Shown here: positions 11,998 through 21,133 of the stretch, piece after piece
Layout: every line of letters begins with the position of its first letter
Numbering within the stretch: position 1 is the stretch's first letter
Source: an uncultured bacterium
GTDB taxonomy: Bacteria; Hydrothermota; Tepidihabitantia; SM23-42; JAOAFX01
Direction of reading: 5' to 3'
DNA: 64,000 bases
Assembly (NCBI GenBank): GCA_964559225.1
Contig: CAZLGA010000005.1
Location: forward strand, 185-64,184
The notes under the pieces: generated by a model
Database searches by the model: none
Seen by the model: the letters and a program-made list of their open reading frames with translations, nothing else
What the model was told of the DNA's origin: nothing
Made by a program: the position numbers and the translations under genes

Positions 11998-13710
11998 CTA
12001 TGGATAATAAATATCATCAAATCTCTGTTTGAGTGTCCAGTAGAGATAGATTGAGAAGAAATCGGATTGAATTTGTTTTTTCTCTACCAATCTTCTGCCT
12101 TCTTTTATCTTTTTGATGTTGAATAGATATATACCTGACCTTGTCTCAAAAATTTTTCTTTCGCCTTTCTTCGCTTCAAAAACAGATTTTGAAAGAGGAA
12201 CCATTGCGTCGGGATAGACTTCTTTCTTTAAACTCAATTTTTTTATTTTCTTTACCGAATCTCTAACCATTGCACTATCCTTATCCCATTTTACAAATGC
12301 ATATTCAATCACCCGGTGCGGAGGTTCAAATAATTTATCCGGAATCTTCAAAATCGTTCTGTTCAAATATTCAAATCCTGCTACATCTGATCTTATTTTT
12401 TGGAGAAAACCATCTCTGTCTAAACCCATTGTTGATAAATCTCTATCAGGATTTAACGATAATGAAAATAGGAATCTTGCAAATTCAAATTCTTCACCAT
12501 ATTTTATATATACTCTGCCTTTCTCAATCCATTCTGGTTTTGCTAATTCTTTAAAGAATCCATTCGTATCTTGATTTTGGATAATTCCTGGTGTGGAATC
12601 CAACAAAATCATTGTGCTATCTAAAAGAATACCCAAATCTGCCATTGTATCAAGCGCAGCGAAATCAAAATAGGATATTCCTTTTCCTCCTGCCTGACGA
12701 ACATAACTAATTTCGGTATTTGCCTGGAGTTCCATCCCTTTCCACAGAAATCCTATACCCATTATTGCTGAAGGAAAATTATACAAAGAAAAATCCAAAA
12801 AATCCTTAAAAAGTTTTGTGTCTGTGGTATACGACATCACAACTGGATAATCGATCAAATCCTTCCATTCCCACCAGTTCTGTGCATACTGATATGCTGC
12901 CCTTGATGGGCTTGAAAAGACCGCACAGGAAATGATACAGTCTTTATTGATATTTTTGATTACAGGTCTAACCTGTTCCAAAAAATTATAAATTGTTCTC
13001 TGTCGTTTTTTATTCTCAAGAAAAAAATTATATACAACCCAACGATTGAAAAAATCCAATTGGGGGTATCTCAAAAGTGTAAGCCATCGCATATCACGAC
13101 TACCCTGTCCTGAAATCAGACCTACGACAAGCGTATCTTCTATACCCCAGAAAATTCCCGGAAATCTTATGAAATCAAAATGTATGCCATCAACTTTATG
13201 TTTTATGACAATCTCTTCACATATCTTTTTCAAAAAATCCTTAACTTCTTGACTGTATGGATTTATAAAAGTTCCCTCAAGACCAAAGTCCTTTTGTTCT
13301 TCTGGTGAATAATTAATCATACTTCTGCCTTTTATATCTTTCAATAACCATTCAGGATGTGTATAATAAATGTGCCTTGTGGAGTCCGGAAAACTATCCA
13401 GAGACCAGACAAGAAATGTATTTATCCAGGCATGGACTTTCATATTTTTCTTTTTTGCATATTTGATTATGGAATCGAGAGGAAAATAATCAGGTGGGGC
13501 ATTTTTTGACAGATACTGACTCCGGGGCAGTATATCGGATTTATAATATGAAGACCCCCCAATAACGACCTGGACATAAAGGTCGGTTATAGTTAATTTT
13601 TCTGCAAGATTTATTATCTGAGGTATTGAATTAGGAGAAGCAATGGATATTGCCCTAACCCAGAGACCCCTTTGAAAACCAAACAGAAATGTCAATAATA
13701 AAAGCGCCAT
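11998..13710 (-). CDS. glycoside hydrolase-like family 10 (GHL10/DUF187) lipoprotein with C-terminal ~200 aa extension
   Basis: Signal peptide, then a GLWV...N.VF.QV..GG..YY.S N-terminal pattern and the VHAWINTF motif. The stop abuts the mutL start. Confidence 0.5.
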   Translation of the reverse strand: MALLLLTFLFGFQRGLWVRAISIASPNSIPQIINLAEKLTITDLYVQVVIGGSSYYKSDILPRSQYLSKNAPPDYFPLDSIIKYAKKKNMKVHAWINTFLVWSLDSFPDSTRHIYYTHPEWLLKDIKGRSMINYSPEEQKDFGLEGTFINPYSQEVKDFLKKICEEIVIKHKVDGIHFDFIRFPGIFWGIEDTLVVGLISGQGSRDMRWLTLLRYPQLDFFNRWVVYNFFLENKKRQRTIYNFLEQVRPVIKNINKDCIISCAVFSSPSRAAYQYAQNWWEWKDLIDYPVVMSYTTDTKLFKDFLDFSLYNFPSAIMGIGFLWKGMELQANTEISYVRQAGGKGISYFDFAALDTMADLGILLDSTMILLDSTPGIIQNQDTNGFFKELAKPEWIEKGRVYIKYGEEFEFARFLFSLSLNPDRDLSTMGLDRDGFLQKIRSDVAGFEYLNRTILKIPDKLFEPPHRVIEYAFVKWDKDSAMVRDSVKKIKKLSLKKEVYPDAMVPLSKSVFEAKKGERKIFETRSGIYLFNIKKIKEGRRLVEKKQIQSDFFSIYLYWTLKQRFDDIYYP

Positions 13711-15402
13711 TTATCTTCCAAATCTCTGCCCTAAATCATCAAGGCTCATCTTTATGACGATAGGCCTTCCATGAGGACAGATAAATGGATTCTCACATGC
13801 AAATAAACGGTCAATGAGATTCTGCATTTCTGCAACCGAAAGCCTCTGCCCTGCCTTTATTGCCATCCGGCAGGCAATGACCTTTGCCAGTTCACTTTTC
13901 TGATTCATCACTTTACCAAGACTTCCAATCTCGCTAAAAAATCCCTTGAGGTCTTCCCTTGTAATCCTGGTATCCGAAGGGAGTGAGTCAATGACAAGGG
14001 TGCGGGCAGAAAACTCCTTGAATTCTATACCAAGTGCCTTCAAACTTTCTTTTGTCATCTGGTATATCCGGTACTCTTCAGGTGTGAGTTCAATGGTAAT
14101 CGGAAATAGTAAATGCTGTGAAGAACCCCGATTATTCATAATAGACTCATATAATATCCTTTCGTGTGCCGCATGCTGATCAATGATTATCAATCCTGTG
14201 CTGGTCTGGGCAAAGATATATGTGTTGTGTAACTGCCAGAAATCTCCAGTCTCACCTGTAGCGGTTGCAGTCTTGGTTGGTATCTCAGAATATGGAATAA
14301 GTGATTCCTGCACCAACCTAACATCCGCAGAAGAGACAGAACCGATCTCAGATGGATATTCTTTAACCGGAATCACAGGAAAAATTTTACTCTTTATCCC
14401 CTGGGTAAGGAGGTCCGTCACATACCTTTCTTCTTTTATCTTGACTTCATTCTTTGTGGGATGGATATTGACATCGAGCATCTGTGGCGGAATTTTTATA
14501 TTCAAAACATAATGGGGTGGTTCTTTTGGATTTTGATAGATTTCAGAAATCACCCTTGTAATACGTGGATATCTTACGGGTCTTGAGTTCACATAGAGCA
14601 GGCTTAAATTGAGTTTTTCACCCATATTAAAAGGAGATAAAAAGCCATAAAAATTTATCTCACCCACATCCAATTCAAAAGTTATGAATTTTTCTATCAG
14701 CCGGGCAGGATAGATTTGCAACAATCTAAACCTCAAGTCTTTTACTGATGGCAAATTCAAGATAGTCCTCTGTTCCTCAGCCAAAACGAAATGCACTTCA
14801 GGAGAAATAATGGCATATGTCTTTACTAAATCTATTATGAGACGTCGCTCATATTCGTCTGACTTCAAAAATTTTTTTCGCGCCGGCAGGTTGTAAAAAA
14901 GATTTGATACCCTTACCCTTGTTCCTTTTTCCCTGAAAATATCAATAACCTGTTTTATTTTTCCATCTTCAACTATTATCTTTGTTCCTTCCTTGCCATC
15001 AAAGGTCTCGATTTCAAAATGAGACACCTGGGCAATACTGGCAAGCGCTTCACCGCGAAATCCAAATGTCTTTATATTTTCCATATCTTCAACTTTCTCA
15101 ATCTTGCTCGTTGCATATCTTTCAACTGATAAAAGTGTATCTTCGCGGGACATTCCTGTCCCATCGTCATTCACAAGACATTTAGACTTGCCACCTGATT
15201 CAATCTCAATCTCTATCCTTTTTGCACCTGCATCAAGGGAATTTTCAATTAATTCCTTTATGACCGAAGAAGGTCGGATTATAACTTCACCAGCTGCAAT
15301 CTTGGAACGGACTTCTTCTGAAAGCAATCTAATCTTTGGCACAACATATTTTATTGAGACAAAGACCAAAGTCAAGGAGCACAGGAGATGGGTCCTCATC
15401 AT
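13711..15402 (-). CDS. mutL: DNA mismatch repair protein MutL
   Basis: IAAGEVIIRPSSVIKELIENSLDAGA (GHKL ATPase) and a C-terminal dimerisation domain. The true start is probably downstream of 15402, near the PKIRLL motif. Confidence 0.9.
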   Translation of the reverse strand: MMRTHLLCSLTLVFVSIKYVVPKIRLLSEEVRSKIAAGEVIIRPSSVIKELIENSLDAGAKRIEIEIESGGKSKCLVNDDGTGMSREDTLLSVERYATSKIEKVEDMENIKTFGFRGEALASIAQVSHFEIETFDGKEGTKIIVEDGKIKQVIDIFREKGTRVRVSNLFYNLPARKKFLKSDEYERRLIIDLVKTYAIISPEVHFVLAEEQRTILNLPSVKDLRFRLLQIYPARLIEKFITFELDVGEINFYGFLSPFNMGEKLNLSLLYVNSRPVRYPRITRVISEIYQNPKEPPHYVLNIKIPPQMLDVNIHPTKNEVKIKEERYVTDLLTQGIKSKIFPVIPVKEYPSEIGSVSSADVRLVQESLIPYSEIPTKTATATGETGDFWQLHNTYIFAQTSTGLIIIDQHAAHERILYESIMNNRGSSQHLLFPITIELTPEEYRIYQMTKESLKALGIEFKEFSARTLVIDSLPSDTRITREDLKGFFSEIGSLGKVMNQKSELAKVIACRMAIKAGQRLSVAEMQNLIDRLFACENPFICPHGRPIVIKMSLDDLGQRFGR

Positions 15403-15554
15403 TTTTTCCTATCCTTTTGATGGTGGAGGAAAAAGGTGGGGGTGATAACGAGCAATCCCCTCTTTTGCGTGTGGCTGATTATCTTGTTGATGAGGCTGGG
15501 CAGAATACCATTGAGCAGGAGTGTCTGAAGGCATTCATCTCAACTTTACTTTTA

Positions 15555-15835
15555 TTCTTCGACAGGAAGTAGACAAAAATCACATTTCCACCTACGAAGT
15601 GTATACCTACTGTCTCACCTGAACAATGACACACTGAACTCGTTTCAGCATCTCAATAGGTTGAATAGGTTGTTAAACATCTTTTTAGATTCCGAAACAA
15701 GTTCGGAATGACAGTAAGTGATAGTTCGGAATGACAGTAAGTAACGGTTCGAAACGACAATAAGGGATGGTTCGGTATAGCAATAAGTACAATAAGTAAT
15801 GATTCGGAATGACAATGATAAAACGAAAAGTGAGG
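15555..15835 (+). repeat. composite repeat element copy 1: conserved ~130 bp head, inverted repeat TTCCGAA-5-TTCGGAA, then 5 degenerate 23-bp tandem repeats (core GTTCGGAATGACA)
   Basis: About 85% identical to 20565-20920. The tandem units begin at 15701, 15724, 15747, 15770 and 15803. Confidence 0.85.
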
Positions 15836-16083
15836 AGGACTCAGGCAAAGGAGGGAACGACTGAGATCGGAATTAAGAAGTAAGAAACTACAAGCAAGAA
15901 GTGAAAAAAATGGTGGATGATAAAGAAAAGAGGTGGATATTGCAAACTGGGGTTTTCTGTGAATGATAATTTTGATTAAGCAGTGCCTAATTTTTTGAAT
16001 CGAACTTCACGAAATAGAGACCCGGAACAAAATCAGTGAGATTAAAATCAAATACACCCTGAATTTAGGCGAAACAAGTTGCC

Positions 16084-16111
16084 TTGACTTCTGTCTTAAA
16101 ATCAGTATAAT
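16084..16111 (+). promoter_or_regulatory. sigma70-like promoter TTGACT-16-TATAAT for sucCD-rbr
   Basis: TTGACT 16084-16089 and TATAAT 16106-16111. AAGGAGG sits 5 nt before the TTG start. Confidence 0.6.
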
Positions 16112-16135
16112 AAATTGCTAACTTAAGGAGGTAAT

Positions 16136-17266
16136 TTGAAAATCCATGAATATCAAGCAAAGGAATTTTTCAAAAAATATGGCATTCCAGTGCCGAAAGA
16201 AAAAGTCTGTTTCAATCTTAATGAAGTAATTCAGGCATCAAAGGAAATAGGGCTTCCCTGTGTAATAAAGGCACAGGTGATGGTCGGAGGCCGGGGTAAG
16301 GCTGGTGGAATAAAAGTTGCCAAGACAGAAGAAGAAGCAAAAAATTATGGTGCCCAGATACTCGGTATGGAGATAAAAGGAATACCGGTAAAGAAAGTTC
16401 TGGTTTCAGAAGCAGTAGGCATCGCCTCAGAAGCCTATCTCGGCATCATCATTGACCGCAATGAAAAAAAGACTGTTTTAATGGCATGCAAAGAAGGCGG
16501 TGTGGAGATTGAAGAAGTCGCAAAACAGAAACCCGAGGCGATATATAAGGTTTATGCTGACCCATTGCTCGGTCTGCTCGAACATAAGGCAAGGGAAATT
16601 GGTTTATTCTTATACGGAAGTTCCAAAACCGCGTTTGATTGTGCTTTAATTGCTGATAAACTTTACAAACTCTTTGTTGAAAATGATGCATCCCTGGCTG
16701 AAATAAACCCACTTGTAGTTGATAAAGCAGGAAATTTAATCGCACTTGATGCTAAAATAAATTTTGATGACAACGGTCTTTACCGCCATCCCGAGATTGA
16801 GGCGATAAGAGACAGAGAAAGTGAAGATGAAAACGAACTCCTTGCAAGAGAAAGGGATCTATCGTATGTCAAGCTCAACGGTAATATAGGTTGTGTGGTA
16901 AATGGTGCGGGACTGGCAATGGCAACAATGGACCTGGTAAAACATTTTGGCGGCGAACCGGCAAACTTCCTTGATATTGGCGGTTCATCGTCACCTGAAA
17001 AAGTAAAAAATGCATTGGAGATTCTTCTGCGTGACAAGAATGTAAAAGTGATATTCTTCAATATTTTTGGTGGTATTACGCGGTGCGATGATGTAGCACT
17101 GGGAATCCTTGAGGCAAAAAAATCATTAAATATTAAACAACCGATTGTCGCAAGGCTCACCGGGACAAATGAAGATAAGGCAATGGATATTCTCAAAGAG
17201 GCAGGATTGATATTTGCTAAGACAATGGATGAAGGCGCAAAAAAGTCAATCGAACTATTAAAATAG
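16136..17266 (+). CDS. sucC: succinate--CoA ligase (ADP-forming) beta subunit
   Basis: TTG start (MKIHEYQAKEFF). ATP-grasp and CoA-ligase domains are present. Confidence 0.95.
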   Translation: MKIHEYQAKEFFKKYGIPVPKEKVCFNLNEVIQASKEIGLPCVIKAQVMVGGRGKAGGIKVAKTEEEAKNYGAQILGMEIKGIPVKKVLVSEAVGIASEAYLGIIIDRNEKKTVLMACKEGGVEIEEVAKQKPEAIYKVYADPLLGLLEHKAREIGLFLYGSSKTAFDCALIADKLYKLFVENDASLAEINPLVVDKAGNLIALDAKINFDDNGLYRHPEIEAIRDRESEDENELLARERDLSYVKLNGNIGCVVNGAGLAMATMDLVKHFGGEPANFLDIGGSSSPEKVKNALEILLRDKNVKVIFFNIFGGITRCDDVALGILEAKKSLNIKQPIVARLTGTNEDKAMDILKEAGLIFAKTMDEGAKKSIELLK

Positions 17267-17278
17267 AAAGGAGCCTAA

Positions 17279-18148
17279 ATGAGTATTTTAGTAAATAAGA
17301 ATACAAGACTTGTGGTCCAGGGAATAACAGGACGAGATGGCAGCTTCCATACCCGTCAGATGTTAAATTATGGCACGAATGTTGTTGCTGGTGTAACACC
17401 AGGTAAAGGTGGAATCGAGGTTGAAGGTGTACCAGTATTCAACTCTGTGGCTGAGGCTGTAAAAACGACTGATGCGAATACATCGGTGATATTTGTGCCA
17501 GCAAAATTTGCACCGAGTGCAATGTATGAGGCAATTGATGCAGGTATAGAATTGGTTGTATGTATTTCTGAAGGAATCCCCACAATTGAAATGGTGAAAA
17601 TTATGGCATACTTAAAAGATAAAAAATGCAGGCTTATTGGACCGAACTCACCAGGACTTGTATCCGCAGGCGAGGCAAAAGTAGGTATTTTACCCGGGCA
17701 CATATTCAAGAAAGGCAAAATAGGCGTGGTCTCGCGCAGTGGAACCCTGACTTATGAAATTGTTGACCATATAACAAAGATTGGACTTGGAGAATCAACC
17801 TGTATTGGTATTGGTGGCGACCCCATAATCGGAACAAAATTCATTGATTGTCTTGAATTATTTGCCAATGACCCTGAGACCGAAGCAGTTGTAATTGTTG
17901 GTGAGATTGGCGGTAGGGATGAACAAGATGCTGCCGAATATATCAAAAAATATTTTAAAAAACCGGTCTTTAGTTTCATTGCCGGAAAGACTGCACCACC
18001 GGATAAAAGAATGGGTCATGCCGGTGCCATAATCTCAGGAACTGCTGGAACTGCCGCAGAAAAGGTGAAGGCGTTTGAGTCCGCAGGTGTGAAAGTTGGT
18101 GAAACCCCAGCAGAGGTAGCAGAATTGATAAAATCAACGATTAAATAA
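17279..18148 (+). CDS. sucD: succinate--CoA ligase alpha subunit
   Basis: The [10 protein letters not shown] phosphohistidine region is conserved. AGGAG RBS. Confidence 0.95.
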   Translation: MSILVNKNTRLVVQGITGRDGSFHTRQMLNYGTNVVAGVTPGKGGIEVEGVPVFNSVAEAVKTTDANTSVIFVPAKFAPSAMYEAIDAGIELVVCISEGIPTIEMVKIMAYLKDKKCRLIGPNSPGLVSAGEAKVGILPGHIFKKGKIGVVSRSGTLTYEIVDHITKIGLGESTCIGIGGDPIIGTKFIDCLELFANDPETEAVVIVGEIGGRDEQDAAEYIKKYFKKPVFSFIAGKTAPPDKRMGHAGAIISGTAGTAAEKVKAFESAGVKVGETPAEVAELIKSTIK

Positions 18149-18157
18149 GGAGAAGAT

Positions 18158-18736
18158 ATGGGAAAGTCATTAAAAGGGACAAAGACTGAAAAAAACTTAT
18201 TAATCTCTTTTGCTGGTGAAAGTCAAGCAAGGAATCGTTATACATATTTTGCATCTGCAGCAAGAAAAGAAGGATTTGAACAAATTTCCGCGATATTCCT
18301 TGAGACCGCGGATAATGAAAAAGAACATGCCAAGGTATTTTTCAAATATCTTGAAGGTGGAGAACTTGAAATCACTGCGGAGTATCCTGCGGGTATGATA
18401 AAAGATACGCTGACAAATCTCCAATCAGCGGCAGATGGTGAAAGACTTGAATGGTCAAAATTGTACGCAGACTTTGCAAAAATTGCTGATGAAGAAGGAT
18501 TTTTAGAGATTGCAAAATCATTCAAAGAGATAGCAAAGGTTGAACAATTCCATGAATCACGGTATAGAAGTTTGATCGATAATATCAAAAACGGGACTGT
18601 TTTCAAAAAAGAAAAAACAGCAAAATGGCATTGCAGGAATTGTGGATATATTTATGAAGGGACCGAGGCACCGAAGGAATGCCCGGCGTGCAGGCATCCA
18701 CAATCTTTTTACGAAATCCTTGCAGAGAATTATTAA
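18158..18736 (+). CDS. rubrerythrin
   Basis: Ferritin-like diiron domain with ExxH motifs and a C-terminal rubredoxin-like CRNCG...CPAC. Lies 10 nt after sucD, so it is cotranscribed. Confidence 0.9.
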   Translation: MGKSLKGTKTEKNLLISFAGESQARNRYTYFASAARKEGFEQISAIFLETADNEKEHAKVFFKYLEGGELEITAEYPAGMIKDTLTNLQSAADGERLEWSKLYADFAKIADEEGFLEIAKSFKEIAKVEQFHESRYRSLIDNIKNGTVFKKEKTAKWHCRNCGYIYEGTEAPKECPACRHPQSFYEILAENY

Positions 18737-18751
18737 AAGATGTGTTCAAAT

Positions 18752-19771
18752 CTACTTTAACCCACCAGCAAGCTGACCACAGCCTGCAAGAATTTCTTTA
18801 CCCTTTGATTTACGAAGGGTAACAGGATGGTCAGAATTAAATAATATCTCTTGGAATTTTGCAACCGTATCAGAGGTAGGAGTTTCATAAGGTAAGTCGG
18901 GATAGGGATTATAAGGAATTAAGTTTATCTTTGAAGGAATACCTTTTATTAATGTCAAGAGTTGATGTGCATCTTTTGCAGAATCATTCAAACCTCTAAT
19001 CAATACATATTCAAATGTAACCATTTGTTTTTTTTCTGAATATAATCGTGCAATTTTCAAAATTTCTTTTAATGGATTGTTTTTTGCTAACGGCATATAT
19101 TTTTCACGCATTGTCTGTTCTGCAAAATTTAGAGAGATTGCGAGTTTAACCTTCCATTTTGAATTTAAAAGTTTTTCAATACCTTCAATTATTCCGGCAG
19201 TTGAGATTGTAATATGGCGTTGACCTATACCGAGTCCTATTGAAGATGTGATAATTTCAAGTGAAATAAAGACATTTTCTATATTCAAAAGTGGTTCACC
19301 CATACCCATAAATACGATATTGGTTAACTTATCGTTAATTGATTTCTGGACAAGTTGAACCTGATTGGCAATCTCAAATCCTTTTAAATTTCTTTTAAAA
19401 CCGCCAACCCCAGTTGCACAGAATAAACATCCCAGAGGACAGCCGACCTGGGTTGATATACAGACGGTCCTTCTTGGCAACTCCGGGATAAAGACTGTTT
19501 CAATAAAATTTTTATCACTCAATTCCCATAAATACTTTTCTGTGCTGTCAGATGCCTTTATTGTTTTTACAAGCTTGATATCTTCAATTGTGAATTTGTC
19601 AAAAAGCAATCTTCTTAAATCAAGCGAAAGGTTCGTCATCTGATTAAAATCATTGACACCTTTCTGCCATAACCACTGAAAAATCTGACGGCCGCGATAT
19701 GCTTCAAGATTCATATCTTTGAATAAATTCTCAAGCTCGGAAAGGGCAAATTCTTTTATATTTTGCCTCAT
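18752..19771 (-). CDS. rlmN: 23S rRNA (adenine2503-C2)-methyltransferase RlmN
   Basis: Radical SAM CPLGCLFCATG and typical RlmN N-terminal region. Confidence 0.9.
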   Translation of the reverse strand: MRQNIKEFALSELENLFKDMNLEAYRGRQIFQWLWQKGVNDFNQMTNLSLDLRRLLFDKFTIEDIKLVKTIKASDSTEKYLWELSDKNFIETVFIPELPRRTVCISTQVGCPLGCLFCATGVGGFKRNLKGFEIANQVQLVQKSINDKLTNIVFMGMGEPLLNIENVFISLEIITSSIGLGIGQRHITISTAGIIEGIEKLLNSKWKVKLAISLNFAEQTMREKYMPLAKNNPLKEILKIARLYSEKKQMVTFEYVLIRGLNDSAKDAHQLLTLIKGIPSKINLIPYNPYPDLPYETPTSDTVAKFQEILFNSDHPVTLRKSKGKEILAGCGQLAGGLK

Positions 19772-19798
19772 ATAAATTCTGTGTGGAATTCCAAATGT

Positions 19799-20505
19799 TT
19801 ATATTATCCTGCCGATACGCTCAATTCTAATTTCTTTCCATCTCCAGAATTGTAATATATCCAAAAGGCTTGATGCCTCACGACCCGGATTAAAAGAAAA
19901 GTAAATAAATAATGGCTTGCCCTTCAGGTATTTTTTATGCAATGGTCCCCAGAATCTGGAATCCATTGAATTATCCCGATTATCACCCATTGCAAAAACA
20001 CAATCTTCAGGGACAACAACAGGACCAAAATTATCTCTTATGTAGATTCCATACAGGTCAGCAAACTTTGAATTCTCCCAGTTTTTTTGATAATTTGCAC
20101 CATCATTCATATAGCCCGGCAGGGTGCGCGGGTCGCGATGGATTTTATAAGGTTCATCTACAGGTTTGCCGTTTATATATAAGACCTTATTTACAATTTT
20201 TACTGTATCACCTGCTACTGCCACACATCTTTTGACATAATCACGATTCTCAAATGGATATTTAAAAACTATTATCTCTCCCCTGTTTGGCATTCTGCCT
20301 GGTATCATCTGTAATTGAGTATATGGAAATTTTATTCCATAAATAAAACGATTAACAAGGAGTGCATCTCCGATAAGAAGGGTCTTTTCCATTGAACCCG
20401 TAGGTATGACATACGCTTCAACAAAAACTGCCCTGAGAATTAGAACAACGAGTATCACAATAGTCCAGGAATAAATCTCTCTTTTTAATTTTTCCATAGA
20501 TTTAA
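19799..20505 (-). CDS. lepB: signal peptidase I
   Basis: S26 motifs GSMEKTLLIGD and GDNRDNSMDSRFWG. The annotated start at 20602 would lie inside repeat copy 2, so a start at 20505 or 20486 is more likely. Confidence 0.85.
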
Positions 20506-20564
20506 TTATATGCATCAGACAGTGAAAGTCAATAATGAAACGTGCTGAGTCCTCCTCATTTTTT

Positions 20565-20920
20565 AACTCTACAGGAAACAGACAAAAATACCCTATTTCC
20601 ACTTACGAGATGGATGCCTACCGCCGTTTCTCACTGAACTATCTCCTTCTGAACAATGTTATGCTGAACCCGTTTCAGCATCTCAATAGGTTGGGTAGGT
20701 TGTTAAACATCTCTTTAGATTCCGAAACAAGTTCGGAATGACAGTGAGTGATAGTTCGGAATGACAGTAAATGTTAGTTCGGAATGACAATAAGTGATAA
20801 TCCGAAATGACTTAAGTGATGGTTCGGAATGAAATGAGAATATGAATGGCTCGGAATGACAAAGAATATAGTATTGGAATGATAAAAGGGGATATAACCC
20901 TATTTCCACTTACGAAGTGT
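20565..20920 (+). repeat. composite repeat element copy 2: same head, TTCCGAA/TTCGGAA inverted repeat, 7-8 degenerate 23-bp tandem repeats, flanked by direct repeat CCCTATTTCCACTTACGA
   Basis: The direct repeat occurs at 20591-20608 and 20898-20915. Tandem units start at 20731. The sequence aligns with copy 1. Confidence 0.85.
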
Positions 20921-21069
20921 TATAGGTATGGGGCAAATAAATTATTTTTAATTTTAACAAGTGAAAAGTGGAGATGACTCAGTGAAACGTGTAATAGTGG
21001 TTAACCAAGCAATAAATAGACTGGTAGTCAGTAACCCCGTAGCCGGTTAAATGAAGTGAATAAAGACCC

Positions 21070-21097
21070 TTGACAGCATAATAGAATTAAGTATACT
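21070..21097 (+). promoter_or_regulatory. sigma70-like promoter TTGACA-16-TATACT for the S8 peptidase gene
   Basis: TTGACA 21070-21075 and TATACT 21092-21097. A GGAGG RBS precedes the ATG at 21134. Confidence 0.55.
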
Positions 21098-21133
21098 CTT
21101 TATTATAGAGTCAGACTCTTGAAAGGAGGTATT

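Noticed and set aside
15690-15835. Short tandem direct repeats that might be a mini CRISPR array
   Set aside because: The units are 23 bp and directly abut each other. There are no unique spacers of 26-70 bp, no leader and no cas genes, and the unit sequence is degenerate. They form a minisatellite-like array inside a larger repeat element, not a CRISPR.
20506-20602. The N-terminal 32 codons of the annotated lepB ORF
   Set aside because: This stretch overlaps the start of repeat element copy 2 and lacks the signal-anchor, which begins at MEKLKREIYSWTIVIL. The shorter start at 20505 or 20486 is more plausible.
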